The position numbers were made by a program, and so were the translations under genes. From positions 79,381 to 143,380 of the forward strand of contig DFOW01000001.1 of NCBI GenBank assembly GCA_002376885.1: 64,000 nt of DNA. Direction: 5' to 3'. Positions 9,742-19,278 of the stretch are shown one piece after another (position 1 is the first letter of the stretch; every line of letters begins with the position of its first letter). Source of the DNA: Patescibacteria group bacterium UBA3531 (GTDB taxonomy: Bacteria > Patescibacteriota > Minisyncoccia > Phycocordibacterales > UBA3531). The notes under the pieces are model-generated. The model saw only the letters and a list, made by a program, of their open reading frames with translations, made no database searches and was not told where the DNA came from.

Positions 9742-9999
9742 TCAACCCGCGAGAGAATTATATATTCTTTTCTTCAGATGTGTAAAGGCTCCACTAAATC
9801 TCTTCAACTGCTTTTCTCTATACTTTGCATCAGAACGAGAGTTATAAGCTTCGTAATATACTAACTCAAAAGGAGCCTTACTTTTTGTTGATTTACTCTG
9901 TTTTGTATTATGTTCCTCAAAACGTCTTTTTAAATCATTGGTATAACCAATATAGAGACTTTCATCTGTCTTGCTCTTCAAGACATACACATAATACAT
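9742..9999 (-). CDS. Stand-alone GIY-YIG nuclease family protein
   Basis: YYVYVL...LYIGYTNDLKRRFEEHN...LVYYEAY..REKQLK. Confidence 0.93.
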   Translation of the reverse strand: MYYVYVLKSKTDESLYIGYTNDLKRRFEEHNTKQSKSTKSKAPFELVYYEAYNSRSDAKYREKQLKRFSGAFTHLKKRIYNSLAG

Positions 10000-10020
10000 A
10001 AGGGCAGAAGAATTATACTG

Positions 10021-10977
10021 TTACTTCCTTAAATGCGCAAGGTCTAAAACATGACCTAAAAAGTCTTTAAAAGACGTCCCTGCGCTCCGCAGGGATTTAT
10101 GCACCAAAGAATCACGGTGGAGCCCCGGCAAGCTGTTTACCTCGAGCAAAAAAACTCCTCGTTTTGGATCAATAATGCAATCAACTCGAGAATAATGACG
10201 CAACCCTAACTTTTTGTGAGCTTGTGCTGCAATGTTTTTAACCATCCAATGCTCTTCTGACGAAAGATCTTCTGGAAAAGTAAGATTTGAAATCTGCTGT
10301 TTAGTTTCGTAATCAAGAATAGGTGTATTTTTTTGGATAACTACAGGCGGCAAAACATGAACCACCCCGTCCCCCTCAACTACAAGAGACGAGACTTCTT
10401 TCCCGTTTATATATTCCTCAACAAGTACAGAATCGCCATATTCAAGAGCCTCCTCTACTCCACGTCTAAGTTCTTCAAACGATCGCGCATAGGATACTCC
10501 AAGTGATGCCCCCTCCCTTGTTGGCTTAATTACCCATGGCGGGCTCACAGAATTAAAAATGTACCTGAGTGCATTTTCTATATCATCGTTTTTGTGGATT
10601 ATGGTTGCATGGGGAATTTTGAATCCATGTTTTTTAAAGTGGTCCCGCGCCAAATGCTTGTGTAATGAGAGCATACTTGGGAACCCTTGCGAGCCCGTAT
10701 ATGGCACTCCTAGAGATTCTAGTATGTGTTGTACTTTTCCATCTTCTCCATACCCGCCATGCAATGCATTAAAGATGATATCTACTTTTCGCGCAGCCTC
10801 TTCTGGAGAAACAGGGGCTCCATATACATGCCATGTTCCATCACGAGCCACAAAAATATCGAGTGTATCAAAGTCTTCAGGAATGTTTTTTAAAACATGT
10901 TGGCCAGAAAGAACAGAAATATCGTAAAGAGAACTTTTGCCCCCACGCAAAACACCAACTACTTTTCGATTAGCCAT
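10021..10977 (-). CDS. ddl: D-alanine--D-alanine ligase
   Basis: LHGGYGEDG, KPTREGASLG, EEYING, SRVD, LEVNSLPG. Confidence 0.92.
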   Translation of the reverse strand: MANRKVVGVLRGGKSSLYDISVLSGQHVLKNIPEDFDTLDIFVARDGTWHVYGAPVSPEEAARKVDIIFNALHGGYGEDGKVQHILESLGVPYTGSQGFPSMLSLHKHLARDHFKKHGFKIPHATIIHKNDDIENALRYIFNSVSPPWVIKPTREGASLGVSYARSFEELRRGVEEALEYGDSVLVEEYINGKEVSSLVVEGDGVVHVLPPVVIQKNTPILDYETKQQISNLTFPEDLSSEEHWMVKNIAAQAHKKLGLRHYSRVDCIIDPKRGVFLLEVNSLPGLHRDSLVHKSLRSAGTSFKDFLGHVLDLAHLRK

Positions 10978-11030
10978 AAAAAGATTGTATCACAGAGAAG
11001 TTTTTACTTCGCAAATTAAAAGCTAAGAGC

Positions 11031-14000
11031 TTAGTAGACTTCCTTAATCTTCGCACGCGTCATAGGCCCCGCATACCCGTAAAAGGCATCTGTTGGGATA
11101 GCTAAGTTATGTCGCTCTTGGAACTTCCCGACAGCTCGTCTGGTTAAGGTTCCATAGTAGCCAGTGGTTAAGCCTTCAGGGTAGATGGTGGTGTCTTGAG
11201 CAAGGATTTGTTGGAGAAGTCTTGTTTGACTACTGGTGGTATTGAATCTAAAGGGTCCGGTAAGGTTTGTGGTACTGACGGTAAAGGTTTGATTGCCTGT
11301 TGGTGAGGTGTTTCCTTGGAGAATGTTACGTACGGTATCTAAGGTAGTTTGATCAACGTTGAATGAGGTGAGTAGGGTGATTATGGACGTGACTTGGGCG
11401 CTTGTTAAGCCTGAACCTGTGCTTGGTTGTGAGGGCTGGGATGGAGTTTGTGGCTGAGTTGGGGTGGTTGTTTGTTTCCTTGTTCCACCGCTGAAACTTG
11501 GTGGTAGTGATGCTACTGCTCCCGTACTTGTAGTGGTGTTTGTGGTGCCTCCGGTATTGGTGATGGTGGCAGTGTCACTCGTTGTGTCAGTTGACTCTTT
11601 GGTATCAGTGAAGGTGGCCGTCAAAATGGTTGAACCACTTGGCACATTGAGGGCCCCATCACTTCCTGATACAGAGCCAGTATTAATACTTGGTGATCCG
11701 GTGAAGATACCGGTAGCGTTTCCAGTTTCAGTAAGGGTAACAGTTTCGGTGTCACCATTTGAAAGAGATGCGGTAATGGTAAAGGAGTCAGTACTTGTGG
11801 CACTGGTATTAGCATCTCCATCTAAGACGGTGATAGTTGGGCTGTCACTGGTGGTATAGCCATCTTGGTTTAAACTCGTCGTTGATGACGCACTAATGTA
11901 TCCCGTTGATTCGTTTAAGTAACCTCCTAGGTTGGTGAAGGAGTTGAGAACCGTGGTAACCGCACTCGTTAAGAAGCTTGCCCCACCATCGAGGGCTAAG
12001 TTGTAGTACTGAAGGACGGGGATGGTGGTTTGGGTACTGGTTGCCTTGTAGGTCACGGTACCGGTACCGGGAGTAAAGGTTCCGTTGACGGTGAGAGGAG
12101 TACTTGAGGCAGTGGCATCCGTTAAGAAGAGATTGTTTGATCCGAGTGAAAGGGTTTCTCCACTTGCAATGGTTAAGCCAGAGCTTGTGGCATTTGATCC
12201 AAGGGTGAGGGATGCCGCAGCAGTTGTTGAGGCAACGGTGAGATCTCCCAGGTCAAAGGCTCCACTGTTGTCCGTGAAGGTGGTGGTGCCATCGATGGTG
12301 AATGCTTCTCCGTTTCGAGTGTAAGATCCTCCACTTCCAATGGTAATGTCTTCTCCGACCGTTAGGGTGACATTGTTCGTGTCTATGTCTAAGTCACCAT
12401 CGGTGATGGTGAGATTGTTATCGACATCAACGTTATTTGAGAAGATGACGTCATTGCTTCCTGAAGCTCCGGTATTGTTGAGGGTGAGGTTGTAGAAGGA
12501 GTCATTGATTTCAATGGTTTGGTCAGTTGAGCCCGTAAAGGCGACTGTCCCCGTCCCCACAAAAAACGAGTCTGCCGTATCAAAAGTAAAATTTCCGCCA
12601 AGATTAAGAGTATTTCCATTTAGTATTCTTATAATACCCGTTGTAGGAAAAAGATGAGCCTCTGTAACATTTCCATTTATTGTTACGGTACTATCTCCAG
12701 ACAAAACAATATCTCCATCATAAAAACTAGCGGCCCCAAGTTGCGCGTTGCCTTCAATAGTAAGGTCATTCCCATTAGTATCCAAGTCTAAGGTCTTTAC
12801 AAGCCCAGATCTAATTAAAAAATTACCACCAATTGTTGTACTACCCGTTAAAGATAGTACATTACTGGCTGCACCAGAGTTATTACCGAAAAGGGTATAA
12901 TCTTCAAACAGACCTCCCAAAACATTTAAAGACGTAACAACTGTTGGGACCGCATAATAAAAGTCCGTATTAGCCATTAGGACAGTTGAGTTAGATGTAT
13001 TCATGGTTCCTGCATTCAAATAAATTTCGGTATTAGTAAAATCTTTGTGCTCTGTTATTGTCCCAGAACCTGGAAAAAAAATGTTCGTTACATAAAAACT
13101 ATTGGAATCTCCTCCTCGAAGCTGTGTTTCCTTTGTGCTGGTTGCAATTTCAAGATTATAAAATGTTAAATCTGTACCATCGGAGGGTCCGTAATCAATT
13201 CGACCATCCCCGATAAGTTTTACCGTACTTGTGTCGGGGGTAAAAATTGGAGCACCCCAACTACTAAGAGCAGCATACCTTAAAAAAGAAGAGTCTATGG
13301 TTATGGTCTCGTCATTGGCATCAAGTTCTCCAAACGTTCCAATCACTAAATCGCCCGCCCCAACAAAACCCTGTTCATCATCTACAGTTAAACTTGCGTT
13401 AAGGTCAAGAATAGTTGTAATTTGACCGCCGCAGGAACTAATAAAAGACCCGTGCGGTTTTCCTATCGTGAGTCTTCCAACGGTGACTGCTGATGTTACC
13501 GTAACGGTAGTGGTAGATGTTACCGTGTCGTCACACAGGGTCACGTCATACGTATTATCGTTTGGTATGGCACCACAGCTCCAGTTACTAGTTGAATCAG
13601 CCCAATCGGCATTTCCTCCAACCCATGAGCACTCGACTTTAGTACTGTTTGTTGTGGTTGCATTAAAGAATGGCTCTATAGGAAGGGAATAGGTACTACT
13701 GTCTGTTGGTACTGTTTCTCCCTGAGAATCATCACCATACCCCATAGACACAGCCAATATTCCAGTAGCTGCCTCTGCTAGATTAAGTTCCAGTTGGGTT
13801 GTGCCAACAGTGGCAACACTCGATACTGTTTTAGGAATACCATTGTCTGTGACATAAAAACCTCCCGACCCACTTCCCGGAAGAATGGGTCCTGTGTCAT
13901 CAGTAAATGTTAAGGTGATGGTGTCTCTTGTTCCGTTTTCCTCTGCACTAACAAAACGAGGGCCGCGCCCATCATCGGACCCACTATAGTATTCTCCTTC

Positions 14001-15050
14001 AAGTGCTGCCCATATTCTATTCGCAGCTGTTTGTAGGTCTTCGTTTGTTGAAATATGTGATCCATCTGGTGTGGCCAGATCATAAAGGGAGCCGCCAGGA
14101 ACAACATTACTATTATCATTCCATGCATCAACTTGTGCTTCCCTTATGGCATTTTTTGCCTCGTCTGTAGCAGAAGCTGAGACCATACCCACCACAACTG
14201 TTTTTACTCCAAAGTCTGAGTTTATAGCAGAAACAAGTGCATCAAGAGAAGTATTATATGCTGTTGACGCTGCCTGGAAAGCAGAGTCCGATTCTCCCTG
14301 CCAAAAAATAACGGCCTTCACTCCCCCAACACCACCAGCGGTGTTTATTCGTCTTTGCATAGAACCATACAAAGTTGTTGTAGCAGAGTTTTGTGCCCAA
14401 CCGGAAATAAAAGATCCAGATTTTGCTGCCGGAATAAAAGCAACAGGTACCCCCTGATCGGCAAGAAAGCGGGTAGCAACAAGGGGCCACACAGAACCCC
14501 CAGGAAAAGTAGAATCATCACTCACACTATCAACCTGATTAGTACTATCGTCTGTCGGATCAGTAAGTTCTTTCCAATTATCGTCGTTTCCAAAAAGAGA
14601 TGCTGCGAGAGTTGAGTGGGAATAGCTTTGGTTATTATCCCCTTTTCCTACTCCATTGCTTTGCCCCGCAATCACAAAAATATCACCAATACCAATCGTA
14701 GTAGTTGAATTACTGGTGTCGGTATCATCAGTAAACCGCACTTCAAGTGTTCCCTGCCCCGCTGTTTGATTAGTAGTTGTCCCAGTAAAAGCACCTCCAC
14801 TAGGGGAAGCGTCAATAGTTGTCCAGGACCCCCCATTAAAACGCGCTTCAATTGCTGCCGGAGAACCAGTATACGTACCTGAAATAGGGATATCTGCCTG
14901 ATCAGAACCGTCGCGTTGGAAAACCTGATACGGAACAGGTGAAGTTATTGTAACCGTTTGTGCGTAAGAGAAACTAGGTAAAAAAAACACAAAAAAAGTG
15001 ACCGGAAGGATCAGGAATAGGCACTTTTTTTCTGGAATTATTTTTTCCAT
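11031..15050 (-). CDS. Large surface protein: sialate O-acetylesterase (SASA/SGNH) head, stalk, PG-binding-like tail
   Basis: IAGQSNG, WQGESD, DGSH SGNH-type motifs; C-terminal ~490 aa nearly identical to the 1..3939 protein. Confidence 0.85.
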   Translation of the reverse strand: MEKIIPEKKCLFLILPVTFFVFFLPSFSYAQTVTITSPVPYQVFQRDGSDQADIPISGTYTGSPAAIEARFNGGSWTTIDASPSGGAFTGTTTNQTAGQGTLEVRFTDDTDTSNSTTTIGIGDIFVIAGQSNGVGKGDNNQSYSHSTLAASLFGNDDNWKELTDPTDDSTNQVDSVSDDSTFPGGSVWPLVATRFLADQGVPVAFIPAAKSGSFISGWAQNSATTTLYGSMQRRINTAGGVGGVKAVIFWQGESDSAFQAASTAYNTSLDALVSAINSDFGVKTVVVGMVSASATDEAKNAIREAQVDAWNDNSNVVPGGSLYDLATPDGSHISTNEDLQTAANRIWAALEGEYYSGSDDGRGPRFVSAEENGTRDTITLTFTDDTGPILPGSGSGGFYVTDNGIPKTVSSVATVGTTQLELNLAEAATGILAVSMGYGDDSQGETVPTDSSTYSLPIEPFFNATTTNSTKVECSWVGGNADWADSTSNWSCGAIPNDNTYDVTLCDDTVTSTTTVTVTSAVTVGRLTIGKPHGSFISSCGGQITTILDLNASLTVDDEQGFVGAGDLVIGTFGELDANDETITIDSSFLRYAALSSWGAPIFTPDTSTVKLIGDGRIDYGPSDGTDLTFYNLEIATSTKETQLRGGDSNSFYVTNIFFPGSGTITEHKDFTNTEIYLNAGTMNTSNSTVLMANTDFYYAVPTVVTSLNVLGGLFEDYTLFGNNSGAASNVLSLTGSTTIGGNFLIRSGLVKTLDLDTNGNDLTIEGNAQLGAASFYDGDIVLSGDSTVTINGNVTEAHLFPTTGIIRILNGNTLNLGGNFTFDTADSFFVGTGTVAFTGSTDQTIEINDSFYNLTLNNTGASGSNDVIFSNNVDVDNNLTITDGDLDIDTNNVTLTVGEDITIGSGGSYTRNGEAFTIDGTTTFTDNSGAFDLGDLTVASTTAAASLTLGSNATSSGLTIASGETLSLGSNNLFLTDATASSTPLTVNGTFTPGTGTVTYKATSTQTTIPVLQYYNLALDGGASFLTSAVTTVLNSFTNLGGYLNESTGYISASSTTSLNQDGYTTSDSPTITVLDGDANTSATSTDSFTITASLSNGDTETVTLTETGNATGIFTGSPSINTGSVSGSDGALNVPSGSTILTATFTDTKESTDTTSDTATITNTGGTTNTTTSTGAVASLPPSFSGGTRKQTTTPTQPQTPSQPSQPSTGSGLTSAQVTSIITLLTSFNVDQTTLDTVRNILQGNTSPTGNQTFTVSTTNLTGPFRFNTTSSQTRLLQQILAQDTTIYPEGLTTGYYGTLTRRAVGKFQERHNLAIPTDAFYGYAGPMTRAKIKEVY

Positions 15051-15152
15051 TTTGAATGATTATAGCACAGGGTCGCATTATGCCTGTGGATATGCTATAA
15101 GGTTTCTAGATTTATAACCTATTGCCCTTCGTGGCTAGGAAAGGACAGTACC

Positions 15153-16295
15153 TTGAGACATCGAAGTCGAGTCATGTTTTTTATGGCCGTAGTGGTCATG
15201 ATGAACATCGGTGCAAACGATTGCCAGAACAACCAGGCACCGGTCCCCTCTCCGCTTCCTCAGCCTCTCATGACGATGCTTGCAGGAAACGATATGGAGG
15301 TTCGTGGGAACGACTGCCCTGTCACCTCGACATTTGTTGAGGCAAGCTGGAACGGAGGCCCTTGGATCTACGTCGGCTCATGCACCCTCGGTGAGTACGA
15401 AGGATTTCTGCCTCCCCAGGGGGCTGGCCATGGAATCCTCGCCATCCGAGACAACACAGGGCAGATCCTCCGAACGACACTTTCTGTCGGATGGGGTCTA
15501 CCGATCGAGATCACCGGCCAGTCGAATGCCACTGGCCTCATGGAAACCTTGATCAATGCGATCTCTTCGCTTGCTTCGGTATTCATGGTCGGCCACCAGA
15601 ACGAGGCCGAATCCATCAAGCACGCCGACGATCGCTTCACCGACCACGGCAATGGCTCTGCGTGGCCCCTCCTTGCAGATGAAATCATTGGACAGACAGG
15701 GCTTCCTGTCATGTTCATTTCTTCACCGGTGGGGGCAACATCAGTCAGCCAGTGGGTTCCTGGTGGGAATCTTCGCGAAAGGGCGAAGGATCTGAGAATG
15801 ACCGCAACGAATGATTGTTCGGCTGCAGACATCTTCTACCAGGGAGAGAACGAACCTGTATTCGCCTCTAATCCCACGATCGATCCCGAAACGGGTCTGA
15901 CTTTTGGCGAGCTGTGGCTCGCCTCAATCGGGGGAGATTTGAAGCAGTACTACAAGGGAGAGCTCTTCAAGATCGCAGACGATCACATGAATGCGGGGTG
16001 TGGAGGAACTCCGCTTGTCATCGTCCAGATTGGAGACAATACTGCCAACCAGAATCCAGGTATCCAGGGCTTCATCCAAGAGGTTCGGGACGCCCAGTAC
16101 GAGGCAGCAATCGAGCACCCCAACATCCACCTGGGAGCCTGTACTGCCGGTCTTCCGGTCCCTGACGGTCTCCACCTGGGCGATGATGCTCGAGAGGAAT
16201 TCGTTTCGCGACTCATGAAAGGCTTGGCGCCAGTGCTCTGGGGTGGGCCGGTTCCAACCGACGAAGAGCTTGGATGCACGCCTCCGCAAGTCTAG
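15153..16295 (+). CDS. GC-rich secreted sialate O-acetylesterase (SASA/SGNH) family protein, cassette 3
   Basis: GQSNA, YQGENE, DGLH; SD AGGAAAGGA before TTG; TGcTATAAG near 15093. Confidence 0.8.
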   Translation: MRHRSRVMFFMAVVVMMNIGANDCQNNQAPVPSPLPQPLMTMLAGNDMEVRGNDCPVTSTFVEASWNGGPWIYVGSCTLGEYEGFLPPQGAGHGILAIRDNTGQILRTTLSVGWGLPIEITGQSNATGLMETLINAISSLASVFMVGHQNEAESIKHADDRFTDHGNGSAWPLLADEIIGQTGLPVMFISSPVGATSVSQWVPGGNLRERAKDLRMTATNDCSAADIFYQGENEPVFASNPTIDPETGLTFGELWLASIGGDLKQYYKGELFKIADDHMNAGCGGTPLVIVQIGDNTANQNPGIQGFIQEVRDAQYEAAIEHPNIHLGACTAGLPVPDGLHLGDDAREEFVSRLMKGLAPVLWGGPVPTDEELGCTPPQV

Positions 16296-16311
16296 CACTC
16301 GAACTTTTCAC

Positions 16312-16344
16312 AAGGGCCACGTACTTCCGGTACGTGGCCCTTTT
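16312..16344 (+). terminator. Intrinsic terminator with 13-bp perfect stem
   Basis: AAGGGCCACGTAC-TTCCG-GTACGTGGCCCTT-TT. Confidence 0.85.
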
Positions 16345-16371
16345 CGTTCATATAGTTATATGTTTTTTCTC

Positions 16372-19107
16372 TTACTTCTCAAATACCTCCCTCATCTTTG
16401 CTCTAGTTTGTGGTCCTGCATACCCATAAGCAGGGTGGTCTGGTCCTGCAATGGTGTGGCGAATCTGGAACCGTTCTACAGCTTTGGTAGTAAGTGTTCC
16501 ATAGTAGCCAGTGATTAATCCTTCAGGGTAGATAGTAGGGTCCTGAGCGAGTATTTGTTGGAGTAATCTGTTTTGTGGCGTGGTTTGGTTCACCTGGAAA
16601 GGCCCTGTGAGTTGTGAGACATCAATTGCATAGGTGGTTTGTTGTGATTGGTTTCCTTCTAAAATACGTCGTACAGTCTCAAGAGTGATTTGATCTACAT
16701 TAAAAGAGGTGAGAAGCGTAATAATGGAGGTGATTTGAGAGTTTGAGAGGCTGCTTCCTGTGCTTGGTTGAGTTGGAGTGATTGGAGTACTGCCCGTATT
16801 TTGTGAGAAACTTGGGGGGAGAACAGCAACAGAGCCGGTGGATGAAGAGGATGAGGACCCAGAAGCGGCGGCAGCTTGGGACGCTGAATGAGTAACCGTT
16901 GCCGTATCGGTCGAGATATCGATTGATTCTTTTGAATCAATGAACGTTAATGTAAGAGTATCATTCCCACCAATGGGGAAATCAAGTGTACCGTCTCCTG
17001 TTGTCACGCTTCCTGTCGCAAGCGTAATGGTTCCAGTAAAGACACCTGTTGCATTGCCAGTTTCAGTTAAGGTAACAGTTTCTGTATCAGTTGCAATAGT
17101 GGTGGTGGCCACAATACTATCGGTCGAAGTGGCACTAATATTCGCGTCGTAGTCAGTAACCGTAAGGGTAACCGTATCCCCTGTTTCGTAAGAGGTTGCA
17201 TCAAGTGCCGCAGATGAAGAAGCACTAATGTAACCCGTTGCTTCGTTCAGATAACCAGCACTATTGGTAAAGGTTCCTGTAACAGTGGTCACCCCTTCTG
17301 TCACAAACGAGGCTGCCCCTCCTAGAGTTAAATTATTGTATTGAGTAGCTTCAATAGTGGTTTGAGTTGAGGTTGCCTTGTAGTTAACAGTACCTGTTCC
17401 TGGAGTGAAAGTTCCGTTTACAGTCAGGGGAGTTGAGCTTCCAGTGGCATCAGTAAGGTACAGCGTATTGGAACCAAGGGCCAAGGTTTCTCCACTTCCC
17501 ACCACGATACCAGAACTTGTTGCATTTGATCCCAAAGTGAAGGTTGCAGCAGCTGAGGATGAGGCAATAGTAAATTCTCCTAGGTTGAACACCCCAGAGT
17601 TATCTGTATAGGTAGTAGTACCATCAAAAGTAAGTGATTCATTTGTTCGGGTCCAAGCCCCATTTAGTCCCACGGTAAAGTCTCCCCCTATCGTGAGGGT
17701 CGCATCGTTGGTATCAATATCCAAATCCCCGTCAGTTAGTGTAAGGTCATTATCGACATCAACATTGTTGGTAAATATCACATCGTCATTCCCTGTTGAG
17801 CCAGTATGATTTACCACAAGATCGTAGAAAGAGTTTCCTGCAACCATATCAATTGTTTGATCAGTTGAAGTTGCAACCAGGTTTACTGTTGACGTTCCAA
17901 AACTAAATGTTGCTGTTTCAGCCCCGTTTACCATGTCGATATCGCCAGAAAAATTCACTGTATTACCATTATGTACTTGTATAGCTGCTGACTCCCCATT
18001 ATTTTCATACGCAGTAAAATCGTGAAAAGACGCGGTACTGTTTCCTGTGACATCAATACGAGAGGGATAATATACAACATTTACCCCAAGTAGGTCTTCT
18101 CCTAGTTGGGTGGTTCCATACTGAACATCAAGATCATAACCCGCAGTAGTTAAGGTGGAAACATTTGTATCGTGGTTGCCGTAAAACCTAAAGCCAGTTG
18201 ATGTTGCTGTGATATCACCAGTAAGAGTTAGCGTCATAGCACCCCCAGCATTGTCTGCTCTTCCGATATCAATGCCATTTGCTGTGAAAGGAGGTATGTT
18301 GTGAGTAGTTCCTAGGGCAGTAAATTGAATCCTTGTAACCGGCGTAAGAGCAACTCCGTTTCTCAAAACTACAGGTGTGGTGTTAATACTTGAGCTAGGA
18401 AATGATAGTGAGTCGTTCCCCAAAAAACCAATAAATGGTGCTCCATTCAAAACAAGCTGGTGATTAATACTAATAGGAGTAGAATAAGCAATCGACCAAA
18501 AGGAAGTCTGAATGTGCACCAACTTATAAAAAACTAGTGTTGAGTTATCGGTTGTAGTAACAAAATGCCCAGTAAGTCCATCAAAAACATATGTTGCTGT
18601 CTCTGGCTGAATTCCTTGCAAGGAGGATGTAACAGTACTCCCCAAGCGTCCAAAAATAGTTGTTGTTCCTGTTCCTGGATAATATCTTCCTCGAGAGTTG
18701 GCATTAAGGAACCCGGCCTCTGTAAATCCCTCTGAGTTGGTGATCGTAACATTTGCTCCATCGTTTATGTCAACCGTATGGATCCTACTATTACATGTTG
18801 AAGTGGTTGAACCAACTTGGAGTCTCCCCAGTGTGATACTTGTTGTGGCCGTAACTGTAATATTTCCACTTGCAGAAGTGTTACAAATATCTACATTGTA
18901 CTCTGCACCATCTGGAAAAGCGCCACAACTCCAGTTACTAACTGAGTCAAACCATCCTCCACTTCCATCTTTTATCCAATTACATTTTGTTTCGGCGGCA
19001 TACACAAATGTACCACCCAAAAAAGAGAGTCCCATAAAGAGCAAAGACAGAAACAATGCAAAAAAGGGAAAGTTTTTTAAATTTTTTTTACTAAAAAATT
19101 TTTTCAT
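16372..19107 (-). CDS. Large surface protein, third paralog (stalk + PG-binding-like tail, no recognisable head)
   Basis: Shares NWSCGA.P module with 11031..15050 and the STDQTI...GYAGPQTRA C-terminal region with both paralogs. Confidence 0.85.
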   Translation of the reverse strand: MKKFFSKKNLKNFPFFALFLSLLFMGLSFLGGTFVYAAETKCNWIKDGSGGWFDSVSNWSCGAFPDGAEYNVDICNTSASGNITVTATTSITLGRLQVGSTTSTCNSRIHTVDINDGANVTITNSEGFTEAGFLNANSRGRYYPGTGTTTIFGRLGSTVTSSLQGIQPETATYVFDGLTGHFVTTTDNSTLVFYKLVHIQTSFWSIAYSTPISINHQLVLNGAPFIGFLGNDSLSFPSSSINTTPVVLRNGVALTPVTRIQFTALGTTHNIPPFTANGIDIGRADNAGGAMTLTLTGDITATSTGFRFYGNHDTNVSTLTTAGYDLDVQYGTTQLGEDLLGVNVVYYPSRIDVTGNSTASFHDFTAYENNGESAAIQVHNGNTVNFSGDIDMVNGAETATFSFGTSTVNLVATSTDQTIDMVAGNSFYDLVVNHTGSTGNDDVIFTNNVDVDNDLTLTDGDLDIDTNDATLTIGGDFTVGLNGAWTRTNESLTFDGTTTYTDNSGVFNLGEFTIASSSAAATFTLGSNATSSGIVVGSGETLALGSNTLYLTDATGSSTPLTVNGTFTPGTGTVNYKATSTQTTIEATQYNNLTLGGAASFVTEGVTTVTGTFTNSAGYLNEATGYISASSSAALDATSYETGDTVTLTVTDYDANISATSTDSIVATTTIATDTETVTLTETGNATGVFTGTITLATGSVTTGDGTLDFPIGGNDTLTLTFIDSKESIDISTDTATVTHSASQAAAASGSSSSSSTGSVAVLPPSFSQNTGSTPITPTQPSTGSSLSNSQITSIITLLTSFNVDQITLETVRRILEGNQSQQTTYAIDVSQLTGPFQVNQTTPQNRLLQQILAQDPTIYPEGLITGYYGTLTTKAVERFQIRHTIAGPDHPAYGYAGPQTRAKMREVFEK

Positions 19108-19278
19108 AATACAAATAACCTCGCCAGCAAATGCGGTTTTACACGAGTACTTTAATTATACAAAAAAACATCCCTTAAAATAGGAGTTTTCTACAGTTTG
19201 ACACTTATAGGCTTTTATTATTTATTTTAGTTTTGAGATACAAAATCACCTTTCCAAATACTGTGCCCTCTTTTGCCT

